Positions 1-8,791 of a DNA stretch of 64,000 bases are shown in pieces. Origin of the DNA: Bacteroidota bacterium (GTDB lineage Bacteria; Bacteroidota; Bacteroidia; Chitinophagales; Saprospiraceae); NCBI GenBank assembly GCA_046051005.1, contig JBJOPA010000264.1, positions 38,755-102,754 on the forward strand. Direction: 5' to 3'. The notes beneath the pieces are model-generated. The model worked only from the letters and a program-made list of their open reading frames with translations. It was not told the DNA's origin and searched no databases. Positions within the stretch are counted from its first letter, which is position 1. The number at the start of each line of letters is the position of its first letter. The position numbers and the translations under genes were made by a program.

Positions 1-359
1 GCGACAAGGCAAAAGCACATGGGCGACAAAACCAAATCGAAGGTCGAATCGAAGCAGGGCAGCGCGTATTGGTCGTCGAAGATTTGATTTCGACGGGCGG
101 CAGCAGTTTCAAAGCGGTGGAAGCATTGCGGGCGGAAGGGCTGCATGTGGTGGGCGTTTTGGCTATTTTTTCCTACGATTTTGACGAGGCGACCCAACTT
201 TTTGCAAAAAACAATTGTCCATTGATAACCATCACAGGTTATAACAAACTCTTGCAAGAAGCGGTTTCAATGGGTTATATTAGTGCCGACGACCGACAAA
301 CGCTCGAAGATTGGCGCAGCAATCCAAAAACTTGGAAACAAGCCGAATCTATTGGGTAA
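1..359 (+). CDS. pyrE: orotate phosphoribosyltransferase, C-terminal part (5' end lies outside the window)
   Basis: The frame is open from position 3. The translation ...GQRVLVVEDLISTGGSS... is the PRPP-binding loop of type I phosphoribosyltransferases. The stop codon is at 357-359. Confidence 0.85.
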   Translation, partial: DKAKAHGRQNQIEGRIEAGQRVLVVEDLISTGGSSFKAVEALRAEGLHVVGVLAIFSYDFDEATQLFAKNNCPLITITGYNKLLQEAVSMGYISADDRQTLEDWRSNPKTWKQAESIG

Positions 360-388
360 AAAAAAACGATTTATTTCACTGAAAATAC

Positions 389-438
389 AAAAAATGCCGC
401 ATTCCAGCTTTTGATACTGGGGGGTGGCATTTTTTTTT
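389..438 (-). repeat. CAGTAT-box copy 1 (G-form ATACTGGGGGG at 414-424) in a half-decayed palindrome
   Basis: AAAAAATGCCGC...ATACTGGGGGGTGGCATTTTTTTTT. ATGCCGC pairs with GTGGCAT. It lies 30 nt downstream of the pyrE stop and probably doubles as a terminator. Confidence 0.8.
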
Positions 439-622
439 GCTTTTTTGAGAATTTAGCAAATTTTGGTACAAGAATTGAATTATTTATAATATGATATAAA
501 CACCAACAACTATTTTATATGACTTCCCAAAATATCAAACTTTTCTCAAAGTAAAAAAAAATCTATCTACCTTTTTTTCTATTTCTCAAGTTTTTAAATT
601 CAAAAACGATTAAACCTTTTTT

Positions 623-2020
623 ATGAAAGCAAAAAAAATAAAAGTTTTACGTATTATGATTGAAATTGACCAATTTGCTGGGCGTTTTATCCATGAAAAA
701 TTTGACCCAACCGATGTTTATACGCATCGAAAAGCACGGATTTTGGTTTATACACATCTTTTCGCCATCGGAATTGGCGGAATTATGCAACTCTCAAACA
801 TGTTATATTGGAATGGCGCAAACGACCAAGTTTCGGTCATATTGTCCATTTTATCTACGATTTGCAGCCTTTTGGCGTTTCGCAAGTGGGGCAATTTGCT
901 CGTGAGTGGCAACTTTTTGGCATTCGCATGGGCGATTCCGTTGGCGATGTCAGTGCCAAATACAGGCGGCATACATTCAGATAATTTGTTATGGCTCATC
1001 ACGGTTCCGCTTACGGCTTTGTTGTTTGCGAGTTGGCGTTCGGGTATCATTTGGTTGGGTTTTTTGATTGGCTTTGTGTGTTGGTTGATGGTACAAAATT
1101 CTAATCAAAATTTTTTAAACACCATTACGGAGAGCGTAAATAGCTATTACGCATTTAGTTATATATTTTTATTTATCGCAATATTTTGTATCGTCAATAT
1201 TTTTGAAGCGGGTCAACATCTCGTCATCAAACAACTTTCTGAGCAAAAAAGATTGCTCGAACAGCAAAAAAAAGCCATCGAAGAACAAGCCGTTGCGATG
1301 CAAAAAATTGACGAGCAACTCCGCGCCACCAACGCTGAACTCGAAAATTTTGCCTACGCCGCCAGTCACGACCTCAAAGAACCTTTGCGCATGATTGGCT
1401 CCTACACGCAACTCGTGCGCCGCCGTATGCAACCCCATTTGCAAGGCGATACCCTCGAATTTATGGGCTATGTCACCGACGGCATCAACCGAATGCAACG
1501 CCTGTTAGACGATTTGTTGAATTATTCGAGGCTCGGAAGGGAAGAACAAAAAGAACGAAGCATAGACTTGAACAATATTTTATTTGTCGTTTTGCATAAT
1601 TTGATGGTAAATATGCGGGAAAATGATGCCGCGATTGTTGCCAACGATTTGCCAAAAATAATGGGTTCGACGACAGAAATGATACAATTGTTCCAAAATT
1701 TGATTACCAATTCCATCAAATTTAGGAAAACGGAACAAGGCGATTCGCCGCTAATTGAGATTGAAAGTCGAGAAGACGGAGATGAAATTGTGTTAATGTT
1801 TCGAGACAACGGCATCGGCATTGCGCCTGAATATCACGAGCGTATTTTTAATATTTTTCAACGTCTTCATGCACGCGGCGAGTACGAAGGTTCGGGAATT
1901 GGATTGGCGACGTGCAAAAAAATTGTTCAAAATATCGGCGGACGCATTTGGCTGGAAAGCGAAGAAGGCGCAGGAACAACGTTTTTTATCGCCATTCCCC
2001 AAAAAGCGTTGGCGGCTTAA
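623..2020 (+). CDS. membrane-bound sensor histidine kinase
   Basis: The N-terminal ~200 aa are hydrophobic, with several predicted TM helices, followed by a coiled-coil linker. H-box FAYAASHDLKEPLR. HATPase motifs FRDNGIGI and GSGIGLATCKKIV. Confidence 0.9.
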   Translation: MKAKKIKVLRIMIEIDQFAGRFIHEKFDPTDVYTHRKARILVYTHLFAIGIGGIMQLSNMLYWNGANDQVSVILSILSTICSLLAFRKWGNLLVSGNFLAFAWAIPLAMSVPNTGGIHSDNLLWLITVPLTALLFASWRSGIIWLGFLIGFVCWLMVQNSNQNFLNTITESVNSYYAFSYIFLFIAIFCIVNIFEAGQHLVIKQLSEQKRLLEQQKKAIEEQAVAMQKIDEQLRATNAELENFAYAASHDLKEPLRMIGSYTQLVRRRMQPHLQGDTLEFMGYVTDGINRMQRLLDDLLNYSRLGREEQKERSIDLNNILFVVLHNLMVNMRENDAAIVANDLPKIMGSTTEMIQLFQNLITNSIKFRKTEQGDSPLIEIESREDGDEIVLMFRDNGIGIAPEYHERIFNIFQRLHARGEYEGSGIGLATCKKIVQNIGGRIWLESEEGAGTTFFIAIPQKALAA

Positions 2021-2028
2021 AAAATATG

Positions 2029-2041
2029 CCCCCCCCAGTAT
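2029..2041 (+). repeat. CAGTAT-box copy 2 (C8AGTAT), intergenic
   Basis: AAAATATGCCCCCCCCAGTAT. It starts 9 nt after the histidine kinase stop. Confidence 0.9.
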
Positions 2042-2079
2042 AACAGCCTTTTTGCGCGTGCAAAAAGGCTGTTATTTTT
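2042..2079. terminator. Bidirectional rho-independent terminator between convergent genes
   Basis: A 14-bp stem AACAGCCTTTTTGC / GCAAAAAGGCTGTT with a GCGT loop, followed by ATTTTT. Confidence 0.8.
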
Positions 2080-2089
2080 GTTGAAAATC

Positions 2090-3334
2090 TTATTTTTTAT
2101 TTGGATAATCATAGACTTCTCGCACATATTCAAAGCGTTGTGCGATAAAATCACGGACAACCAAAAGGCTTTTTTGCGGAGAAATGGCTTGGATATAATA
2201 AAATTCTGGAATCCGTTTGTCAATCGTATTGCCGCCATTTTCGTTGATATAATTGGCGATGGCTTCCAAATTTGCATCTTTATTAAATTTTAACGTCACA
2301 TCAAACGCATCTTCAACGGCTTTGTCATCTGCACCTGAAATTGGGTTCAGAATTTTCCCCGTTGCCTCGACCTTAAATTTCGATTTTACGGCTTCAATGA
2401 CGGCTTCAATTTTGTCGCGCCCATGCGCCCGATTGCGTTTCACAACTTTTTCGATGTCTTCGTCCGACATTTTTCCCTTGATGGGCGTGTTTTCAACCAC
2501 TCGGAACGTCACAGACGGTAAATGTTGAAAACGCCCGCCCATGAACAACAACTGGAAATGTTCTGCCAATTCGCTCTCAATCAAATCGGGCGGAAATGCG
2601 CTCGAAATTTTGAAATTATAGAGGTAATGCGGTGCGCCGCCGCCGTCTATTTTTGCGGCAATTTCTTTGATATTCGCATTGATTTGTTTTGTATTGCGTT
2701 CAAACTGTTCACATTCTGGATTGATGGAAAGTTCATCAGCTTTTTCGGACGAATTGAGCCAAAAACTGAGTGACCATTGTTGACCACAATGATGTGCATA
2801 AGCTCTGTTATTGTCCAATAATGCTTCTAATTCCCTGATTTTTGCCGTATCTTTGAGGTAAACGATGCCATTGTTGCGGGTTTTGTTGTCGGCTTGCCTT
2901 GCGTTTCGCAAAATTACGAAATTGGCAGGCGGCGCGGCAGCAAGGTTACGCTTTTCCTTTTTTTCTAATTTCAATTCCTTTTTTTCTGGCTTTTTTTCTG
3001 GATTTTTTTCTTCTGGAATTGCTGTAATTTTCTCTTTCACTGGCACGATTGCTATTGAATCGGTGGCAATTTTTGCTGTCGAATCGGGTTGAATTGGAGC
3101 AGTTTTGGCAACCGAAATACCAGAATCTAGCGCAACAACAACGGGATTTTCGACGCGCAAAATCGTATCTTTTTTGACCGTGTTGGAATCCAAAATCGGC
3201 AAATCTGGCTTCGGAATGACTGCCAAAACGCTGCTATCTTGCGCAGATACTGGGGGGGGGGCAAAAAAGAGGCAACAAAAAAAACTATAAAAAACAAAAG
3301 CAAAATGACGTGTATTTTTTCTCGATTTCAACAT
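2090..3334 (-). CDS. hypothetical secreted protein with a Lys/Glu-rich low-complexity linker
   Basis: Long ORF of 414 aa. It has an N-terminal hydrophobic signal-like segment ending ...PPPVSAQD and a PEKKPEKKELKLEKKEKR tract. I recognise no catalytic motif. Confidence 0.6.
   Translation of the reverse strand: MLKSRKNTRHFAFVFYSFFCCLFFAPPPVSAQDSSVLAVIPKPDLPILDSNTVKKDTILRVENPVVVALDSGISVAKTAPIQPDSTAKIATDSIAIVPVKEKITAIPEEKNPEKKPEKKELKLEKKEKRNLAAAPPANFVILRNARQADNKTRNNGIVYLKDTAKIRELEALLDNNRAYAHHCGQQWSLSFWLNSSEKADELSINPECEQFERNTKQINANIKEIAAKIDGGGAPHYLYNFKISSAFPPDLIESELAEHFQLLFMGGRFQHLPSVTFRVVENTPIKGKMSDEDIEKVVKRNRAHGRDKIEAVIEAVKSKFKVEATGKILNPISGADDKAVEDAFDVTLKFNKDANLEAIANYINENGGNTIDKRIPEFYYIQAISPQKSLLVVRDFIAQRFEYVREVYDYPNKK
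3247..3261 (-). repeat. CAGTAT-box copy 3 (ATACTG10) inside a CDS
   Basis: It lies in the signal-peptide region of ORF 2090..3334 and is read as FFAPPPVSA. Confidence 0.9.
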
Positions 3335-3683
3335 GGTTATGGACTTTTTTTCTGGGTAGAAATGAAATTTAGTGGTTTTGCAACGCGCTTTGGCAACGTT
3401 TGCGAAAAGTTAAAAATGATTGTTAATAAGTTGTAAACAAATTCAGCAACAAATTTTGACAAAAGCATCGGAATTACAAAATTTTTCAGCACTTTTTTTT
3501 GCCATCACATCAAAATATATTTTAACAAAATAAATCATTTAAAAAAAATATTTATAAAACCTATGTTTTAAATGATTTACATAAAATTTTTAATATTATT
3601 TTATAAAAAAATATGTAAATAAAAATAAATAACAACACTTTTTTGAAAACTTATTTTTTGCAAGGCGATGACAAAAAAATGGC

Positions 3684-3691
3684 TATTTTTG
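3684..3691 (+). promoter_or_regulatory. Bacteroidota-type -7 box TATTTTTG upstream of purH
   Basis: It matches the TAnnTTTG consensus of the Bacteroidota primary sigma factor. It lies 38 nt before the ATG. Confidence 0.5.
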
Positions 3692-3728
3692 CGATGTTTT
3701 TTTTCTAAAAATTAATTATCAAAATAAG

Positions 3729-5264
3729 ATGTATAAAAAGAAAATCAAATCCGCCTTGATTTCCGTGTTTTACAAAGACGGGCTTGAACCGATTGTGCGC
3801 GAATTGGCAAAACAGCGCGTCAAAATTTATTCGACGGGCGGTACGCAAACCTTCATCGAGGGTTTGGGCGTTGCGTGCGAAGCCGTCGAAGAGTTGACGA
3901 CTTATCCGTCTATCCTCGATGGGCGGGTCAAAACGTTGCACCCAAAAGTTTTCGGCGGCATTTTGGCGCGCCGCGAAGCCGACCATACGGCACAACTCGA
4001 AGCCTTTGATATTCCCGAAATTGACTTGGTCATCGTTGATTTATACCCATTTGAAGAAACCATTCGGGCGACCAAAAACGAAGCAGACATTATCGAAAAA
4101 ATCGATATTGGTGGTATTTCGCTCATCAGAGCGGCGGCGAAAAATTTTAGAGATGTCGTCGTGGTTCCGAGCCGTGCGGATTACGCCAGTTTCTTGAAAA
4201 CGATTGAAGAAAAAAATGGATATACGGAACTTGACGACCGAAAAACGTTGGCTTTGCGCGCTTTTCACGTGTCGAGTCACTACGATTCGGCTATTTTTAG
4301 TTGGTTTTCGCGACAAAACCCTTCGGATACTGGGGGGGTGTTCAAACACTCTATCGAACACTCAGAAACGTTGCGTTACGGCGAAAATCCACATCAAAAC
4401 GCCACTTTTTTTGGAAATTTGGGCGAAATGTTTGACGTGTTGAACGGAAAAGCATTGAGTTACAACAACCTTGTGGACGTGGACGCGGCGGTGCGCCTCA
4501 TGCGCGAGTTCCAAAACGACACGCCCACTTTTGCCATTCTCAAACACACCAACGCTTGCGGCGTAGCCACCAAAAAAACGCTCGTCGAAGCATGGAAAAC
4601 CGCGTTGGCAGCCGACCCAATTTCTGCATTTGGCGGCATTTTGATTTGTAACAAAACCGTTGATTTGGCGACGGCGGAACTCATCAATCCACTTTTTTAC
4701 GAGGTTTTGATTGCCCCAGACTTTAAACCCGACGCTTTGGCGGCTTTGAAAACCAAGAAAACGCGCATTTTGTTGCGCATCAAGGATTTTGCTGCGCCTA
4801 CGAAAATGTTTAAAAATTTGCTCAATGGCGTTATCCAACAAGACCCTGACAATCGAACAGAAACCCGAAATGACCTCAAATTTGTAACCGATTTGCAACC
4901 CACCGACGCACAAATTGAGGATTTGTTGTATGCCAATATTTGCGTAAAACATTTGAAATCGAATGGCATTGCGATTGTGAAAAATCGGCAACTCATCACG
5001 ATGGGTTGCGGGCAAACGTCGCGTGTAGATGCGCTCGAACACGCGCTGGCGAAGGCGAAACATTTTGGTTTCGACGTGACGGGCGCGGTAATGGCTTCCG
5101 AAGCCTTTTTCCCGTTTGCCGATTGTGTCGAAATTGCGCACAAAGCGGGCATTGCGGCGGTGATTCAGCCTGGCGGTTCGGTGAAAGATATGGATTCGAT
5201 TCGGTTTTGCAACGAACACAATTTGGCAATGGTGATGACGGGAATAAGACATTTTTTGCATTGA
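3729..5264 (+). CDS. purH: bifunctional AICAR formyltransferase / IMP cyclohydrolase
   Basis: 511 aa. The MGS-like N-terminus reads KSALISVFYKDGL...STGGT, followed by VKTLHPKVFGGILARR, KHTNACGVA and a C-terminal ...MVMTGIRHFLH, typical of PurH. Confidence 0.95.
   Translation: MYKKKIKSALISVFYKDGLEPIVRELAKQRVKIYSTGGTQTFIEGLGVACEAVEELTTYPSILDGRVKTLHPKVFGGILARREADHTAQLEAFDIPEIDLVIVDLYPFEETIRATKNEADIIEKIDIGGISLIRAAAKNFRDVVVVPSRADYASFLKTIEEKNGYTELDDRKTLALRAFHVSSHYDSAIFSWFSRQNPSDTGGVFKHSIEHSETLRYGENPHQNATFFGNLGEMFDVLNGKALSYNNLVDVDAAVRLMREFQNDTPTFAILKHTNACGVATKKTLVEAWKTALAADPISAFGGILICNKTVDLATAELINPLFYEVLIAPDFKPDALAALKTKKTRILLRIKDFAAPTKMFKNLLNGVIQQDPDNRTETRNDLKFVTDLQPTDAQIEDLLYANICVKHLKSNGIAIVKNRQLITMGCGQTSRVDALEHALAKAKHFGFDVTGAVMASEAFFPFADCVEIAHKAGIAAVIQPGGSVKDMDSIRFCNEHNLAMVMTGIRHFLH
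4327..4338 (-). repeat. CAGTAT-box copy 4 (ATACTG7) inside purH
   Basis: GGATACTGGGGGGG, read as SDTGGV. Confidence 0.85.
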
Positions 5265-5316
5265 TTTTTTTCATAAAATATTTGATAAAAAATAATTTCA
5301 ATTTCTAATAATTGTC

Positions 5317-5324
5317 TATTTTTG
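5317..5324 (+). promoter_or_regulatory. -7 box TATTTTTG upstream of pepC-folB
   Basis: TAnnTTTG match, 62 nt before the ATG. Confidence 0.45.
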
Positions 5325-5385
5325 TTGAATTTTCTACTATTTTCCTACATCAAAATTTAAATAAAATTATAAAATTTAAAAAATT

Positions 5386-6564
5386 ATGAAAAAATTAATT
5401 GTTGCGACGCTATTTTTGTTACCCCCCAGTATGTCGGCACTTTTTGGGCAAATTGCGGCAGAACAAAAGCCGATGACGAACAAAAAAGGCAGCCAATTTG
5501 TCTTCACTTCGGTGGCAAGCAACGAGGCGACGGACGTGAAAAATCAAGGAAAATCTGGCACTTGTTGGTGCTATTCGACCAATTCTTTCCTCGAATCGGA
5601 GTTGTTGCGCATGGGCAAAGGCAAGCAGGATTTGTCAGAAATGTTCACCGTTCGACGGGCTTATACTGCCAAAGCGGAGCGTTTTGTGCGGCGCATGGGC
5701 AAGGCGCAATTTGCCGAAGGTGGCGAATTTCACGACGTATTATATGTCTTGAAAAATTATGGAATCATGCCGCAAAGTGCCTACGCAGGCAAGCAAAAAA
5801 CGTTTGCACACGCAGAAATGGACGCGATTTTGAAAAATTTTATCGAAACGATTATAAAAATTCCAAATGGCGACCGACTTACAGATGATTGGAAAAAAGC
5901 ATACGAAGGAATTTTAGATGCCTATTCAGGTGCCATTCCAGAAAAATTTGAGGTCAACGGAAAATCCATGACCCCGAAAGAATATGCCGTTTCGATTGGT
6001 TTGAACGCCGATGATTATGTTGAAATCACATCTTATACGCATCACCCATTTTACGAGCCGTTTGTGTTGGAAATTCCCGACAACTGGGCAGACGCAGCTG
6101 CCTACAACGTAACGGTTGATGAACTCGTAGAAGTTGCCGACAACGCCGTCAAAAAAGGCTACACCATCGGTTGGGCAAGCGATGTGAGCGAAAAATATTT
6201 CTCGCACAAGAACGGAATTGCGGTTGTGCCATCAAAAGATTGGGTAGATTTGAGCGAAGAAGAGCAAAAAGCAATCTTCGACAAACCGACGACCGAAAGG
6301 GTCATTTCACAGGAAAATAGACAATTGGCGTTTGATGATTTGTCCACCCAAGACGACCACGGCATGCACATCACGGGCTTGGTGAAAGACCAAACGGGTG
6401 CAGAATTTTTTACCGTAAAAAATTCTTGGGGCGCAGAACGCAACGATTGTGGCGGCTATTTGTATGTTTCTAAAAATTATTTCCGCTACAAAACGATTTC
6501 CATTTTGGTGCATAAAAAAGCAATTCCAGAAAAAATTGCGGCTAAAATCTTCAAAAAAGGATAA
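5386..6564 (+). CDS. pepC: C1-family aminopeptidase C / bleomycin hydrolase-like cysteine peptidase
   Basis: Signal-like N-terminus. The papain-type catalytic Cys context is QGKSGTCWCYS, the His context is DDHGMHITG, and NSWG follows. Confidence 0.85.
   Translation: MKKLIVATLFLLPPSMSALFGQIAAEQKPMTNKKGSQFVFTSVASNEATDVKNQGKSGTCWCYSTNSFLESELLRMGKGKQDLSEMFTVRRAYTAKAERFVRRMGKAQFAEGGEFHDVLYVLKNYGIMPQSAYAGKQKTFAHAEMDAILKNFIETIIKIPNGDRLTDDWKKAYEGILDAYSGAIPEKFEVNGKSMTPKEYAVSIGLNADDYVEITSYTHHPFYEPFVLEIPDNWADAAAYNVTVDELVEVADNAVKKGYTIGWASDVSEKYFSHKNGIAVVPSKDWVDLSEEEQKAIFDKPTTERVISQENRQLAFDDLSTQDDHGMHITGLVKDQTGAEFFTVKNSWGAERNDCGGYLYVSKNYFRYKTISILVHKKAIPEKIAAKIFKKG
5422..5432 (+). repeat. CAGTAT-box copy 5 (C6AGTAT) inside pepC
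   Basis: TTACCCCCCAGTATG, read as LPPSM in the signal peptide. Confidence 0.85.
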
Positions 6565-6567
6565 AAA

Positions 6568-7125
6568 ATGAGTGTAATTTCGTTAGAAGGAATGCGTTTT
6601 TTCGCGCCGCATGGCTATTATCAAGAAGAACAAACGATTGGAACCACGTTTCTGATTGATGTCATCATTGATACCGATTTCAACAAAGCCGCCGCCAAAG
6701 ACGACCTTGCGCAAACCGTCAACTACGAATTGGTCTATCAGATTTGTAAAACCGTCATGAAAGGCGAACGCCAAATCAGTCCCGACGGAAAAGTGACGTA
6801 CAAACCCTACAAACTCATCGAAACCATCGGCAATCGCATCATCAAAGGTTTGAAAAAACAGTTTTCGGTGTTGGGAGAAGTCAAGGTTCGCGTGCGCAAA
6901 CTCAATCCGCCACTCGGCGGCATCGTGGACGCTTCGATGATAGAAACGGGCGAAAAATTGGCGAAAACCTGCGCAAAATGCAACGGCATTTTGTTGTGTT
7001 ATGGCGACGACACGTGTTGGTGCATGGGCGAAGAACTCAAAATCTACACGCGCACCTACGAGTTTTTGAAAGACCAATTTAAAGGTTGCCTTTGTAAAAA
7101 ATGCTTAACGCCTTACGAAATGTAA
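6568..7125 (+). CDS. folB: dihydroneopterin aldolase fused to a C-terminal cysteine-rich CWC-type domain
   Basis: The N-terminal ~130 aa align with FolB (GMRFFAPHGYYQEEQTIGTTFLIDV..., ...VRVRKLNPPLGG). The C-terminal ~55 aa read CAKCNGILLCYGDDTCWCMGEE...CLCKKC. The gene starts 3 nt after the pepC stop. Confidence 0.8.
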   Translation: MSVISLEGMRFFAPHGYYQEEQTIGTTFLIDVIIDTDFNKAAAKDDLAQTVNYELVYQICKTVMKGERQISPDGKVTYKPYKLIETIGNRIIKGLKKQFSVLGEVKVRVRKLNPPLGGIVDASMIETGEKLAKTCAKCNGILLCYGDDTCWCMGEELKIYTRTYEFLKDQFKGCLCKKCLTPYEM

Positions 7126-7144
7126 ATTTTTGAAAAAAAGGCTA

Positions 7145-7155
7145 CCCCCCAGTAT
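7145..7155 (+). repeat. CAGTAT-box copy 6, intergenic
   Basis: AAAAAAGGCTACCCCCCAGTATAT, 20 nt after the folB stop. Confidence 0.9.
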
Positions 7156-7185
7156 ATTTGCTTAAATTTGGATAATTTACAAGCA

Positions 7186-7221
7186 AAAACGCCCATGTTT
7201 AGCAGCATGGGCGTTTTTTTA
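7186..7221. terminator. Bidirectional terminator between folB and carA
   Basis: AAAAACGCCCATG ... CATGGGCGTTTTTTT. An 8-bp GC-rich stem is flanked by A5 and T7. Confidence 0.85.
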
Positions 7222-7241
7222 TGGATAAAAAATAATATTTT

Positions 7242-8351
7242 TTAAGCAGTTAACATTTTCACAAAATTGTCGAACAAGTATTGCGCATCGTGTGGACCAG
7301 GCGATGCTTCGGGGTGATATTGGACAGAAAAAGCCCGTTTTCCGCGCAGACTGATGCCTTCAATCGTATCGTCGTTGAGGTTGCGATGGGTGATTTCGAT
7401 GGTGTCCGATTTTTGGCGAATCACGTCAGGGTCAACGCCAAAACCGTGATTTTGACTCGTAATTTCACAGCGATTGGTCAACAAATTCAACACGGGGTGA
7501 TTGATGCCGCGATGCCCATTGTGCATTTTATACGTCGGCACGCCCAATGCCAATGCCAGCAACTGATGCCCCAAACAAATGCCAAAAAGTGGTTTTTCAG
7601 TTTTCAAAATTTGTTGCACCGTTTCGACGGCATAACCCATTGCCGCAGGGTCGCCCGGTCCGTTGGAAAGGAAAAATCCGTCTGGATTCCAAGCCGCAAT
7701 TTCAGAAAAAGGCGTTTTGGCAGGAAACACTTTTAAATAACAATCTCGTTGCGAAAAATTATTCAAAATACTTCGTTTTACCCCAAAATCAAGGACGGCA
7801 ACGCGATATTTAGCGGTTGATTGCCCCCAAAAATAGGGTTGCGCGGTCGTCACGCGAGACGAAAGTTCCAATCCGTCCATCGAAGGCGTGGCATCGAGCT
7901 TCAATTGTAGGATTTCGAGGTCAAAAATTTCGGAGGAAATGATGGCGTTCATGGCTCCTTTGTTGCGGATATGCCGCACGATTGCCCGCGTATCCACGTC
8001 GCTGATGCCCACCATTTCTTGATTTTCAAAATAGGTTTGCACGTCGCTGTCTGCCATCGGTCGGGCATACTGGGGGGTGAAATTTTTGCAGACCAAACCT
8101 GCGATTTGCATTTTTTCGGCTTCGACTTCGGTGTTTTTAACGCCGTAATTGCCGATGTGGGCGTTGGTGGTCACCATGATTTGCCCGAAATAAGAAGGGT
8201 CGGTAAAAATTTCTTGATAGCCCGTCATGCCCGTGTTGAAGCAGATTTCGCCTGTCGTGGTGCCGATTTTGCCCGCCGCTTTGCCTTGAAAAACCGTTCC
8301 GTCTGCCAACAACAAGACGGCTGGTTTTGATTGATTGCTCGTCAAATTCAT
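7242..8351 (-). CDS. carA: carbamoyl-phosphate synthase small (glutaminase) subunit
   Basis: 369 aa. N-terminus LLLADGTVFQGKAAG. The class I GATase catalytic Cys is in GICLGHQLL, followed by HRGINHPV and VQYHPEASPGPHD. Confidence 0.95.
   Translation of the reverse strand: MNLTSNQSKPAVLLLADGTVFQGKAAGKIGTTTGEICFNTGMTGYQEIFTDPSYFGQIMVTTNAHIGNYGVKNTEVEAEKMQIAGLVCKNFTPQYARPMADSDVQTYFENQEMVGISDVDTRAIVRHIRNKGAMNAIISSEIFDLEILQLKLDATPSMDGLELSSRVTTAQPYFWGQSTAKYRVAVLDFGVKRSILNNFSQRDCYLKVFPAKTPFSEIAAWNPDGFFLSNGPGDPAAMGYAVETVQQILKTEKPLFGICLGHQLLALALGVPTYKMHNGHRGINHPVLNLLTNRCEITSQNHGFGVDPDVIRQKSDTIEITHRNLNDDTIEGISLRGKRAFSVQYHPEASPGPHDAQYLFDNFVKMLTA
8067..8077 (-). repeat. CAGTAT-box copy 7 inside carA
   Basis: GCATACTGGGGGGTG. 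On the coding strand it reads CACCCCCCAGTATGCC = TPQYA. Confidence 0.85.
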
Positions 8352-8468
8352 TTTTTTAAAATTGTATTTCTGTGTTATAATTTTTTAAATTTTATAAACA
8401 GAAATATTTTTTTAGAGCAGTTTAGAAAAAATGTGGATAACTAATTGAACAATTTTGCAATTGCGTCG

Positions 8469-8476
8469 CAAAGATA
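8469..8476 (-). promoter_or_regulatory. -7 box TATCTTTG (minus strand) upstream of carA
   Basis: CAAAGATA on the plus strand, about 118 nt upstream of the carA start. Confidence 0.4.
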
Positions 8477-8520
8477 CAATGTGTTTGGCTAAATTTTTGT
8501 AAATTACAAAGCAAAAAACG

Positions 8521-8535
8521 CCCCCCCCCCAGTAT
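8521..8535 (+). repeat. CAGTAT-box copy 8 (C10AGTAT), intergenic
   Basis: AAAAAACGCCCCCCCCCCAGTATAT, between the divergent carA and ugd genes. Confidence 0.9.
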
Positions 8536-8639
8536 ATTTTCATTTTTTGGATGGGTAAAAAGAATAAAAAAAAACATTTAAAAAAAACTTATCTTAAAAT
8601 TTCCAAAATTTAGGTAGATTTTGAAATAAGAAAAAGGAT

Positions 8640-8647
8640 TAACTTTG
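8640..8647 (+). promoter_or_regulatory. -7 box TAACTTTG upstream of ugd
   Basis: TAnnTTTG match, about 145 nt before the ATG. Confidence 0.4.
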
Positions 8648-8791
8648 CGCCCGAAAAAAAAGATTTCTTTTTCAACGGTTACATGATTTTTTTTATATCA
8701 ACGCTTTCCAATTCTTTGAACAGAAGCGTTTTGCCTGTCAGAACCGATTTAAAAATATTATATCAAAATTAAAATTTTAAAAAAAGCAAGT

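Noticed and set aside
4362-5261. Long antisense or shadow ORFs inside real genes. Examples: 4362..5261(-) in purH, 11248..11907(-) in guaB, 36005..36520(-), 58102..58818(+) in metK, 21597..22160(-), 12105..12641(-), 37596..38156(-).
   Set aside because: Each lies opposite or out of frame to an ORF with unambiguous conserved motifs. The translations are Arg/Cys/His-rich nonsense typical of the antisense frames of real genes.
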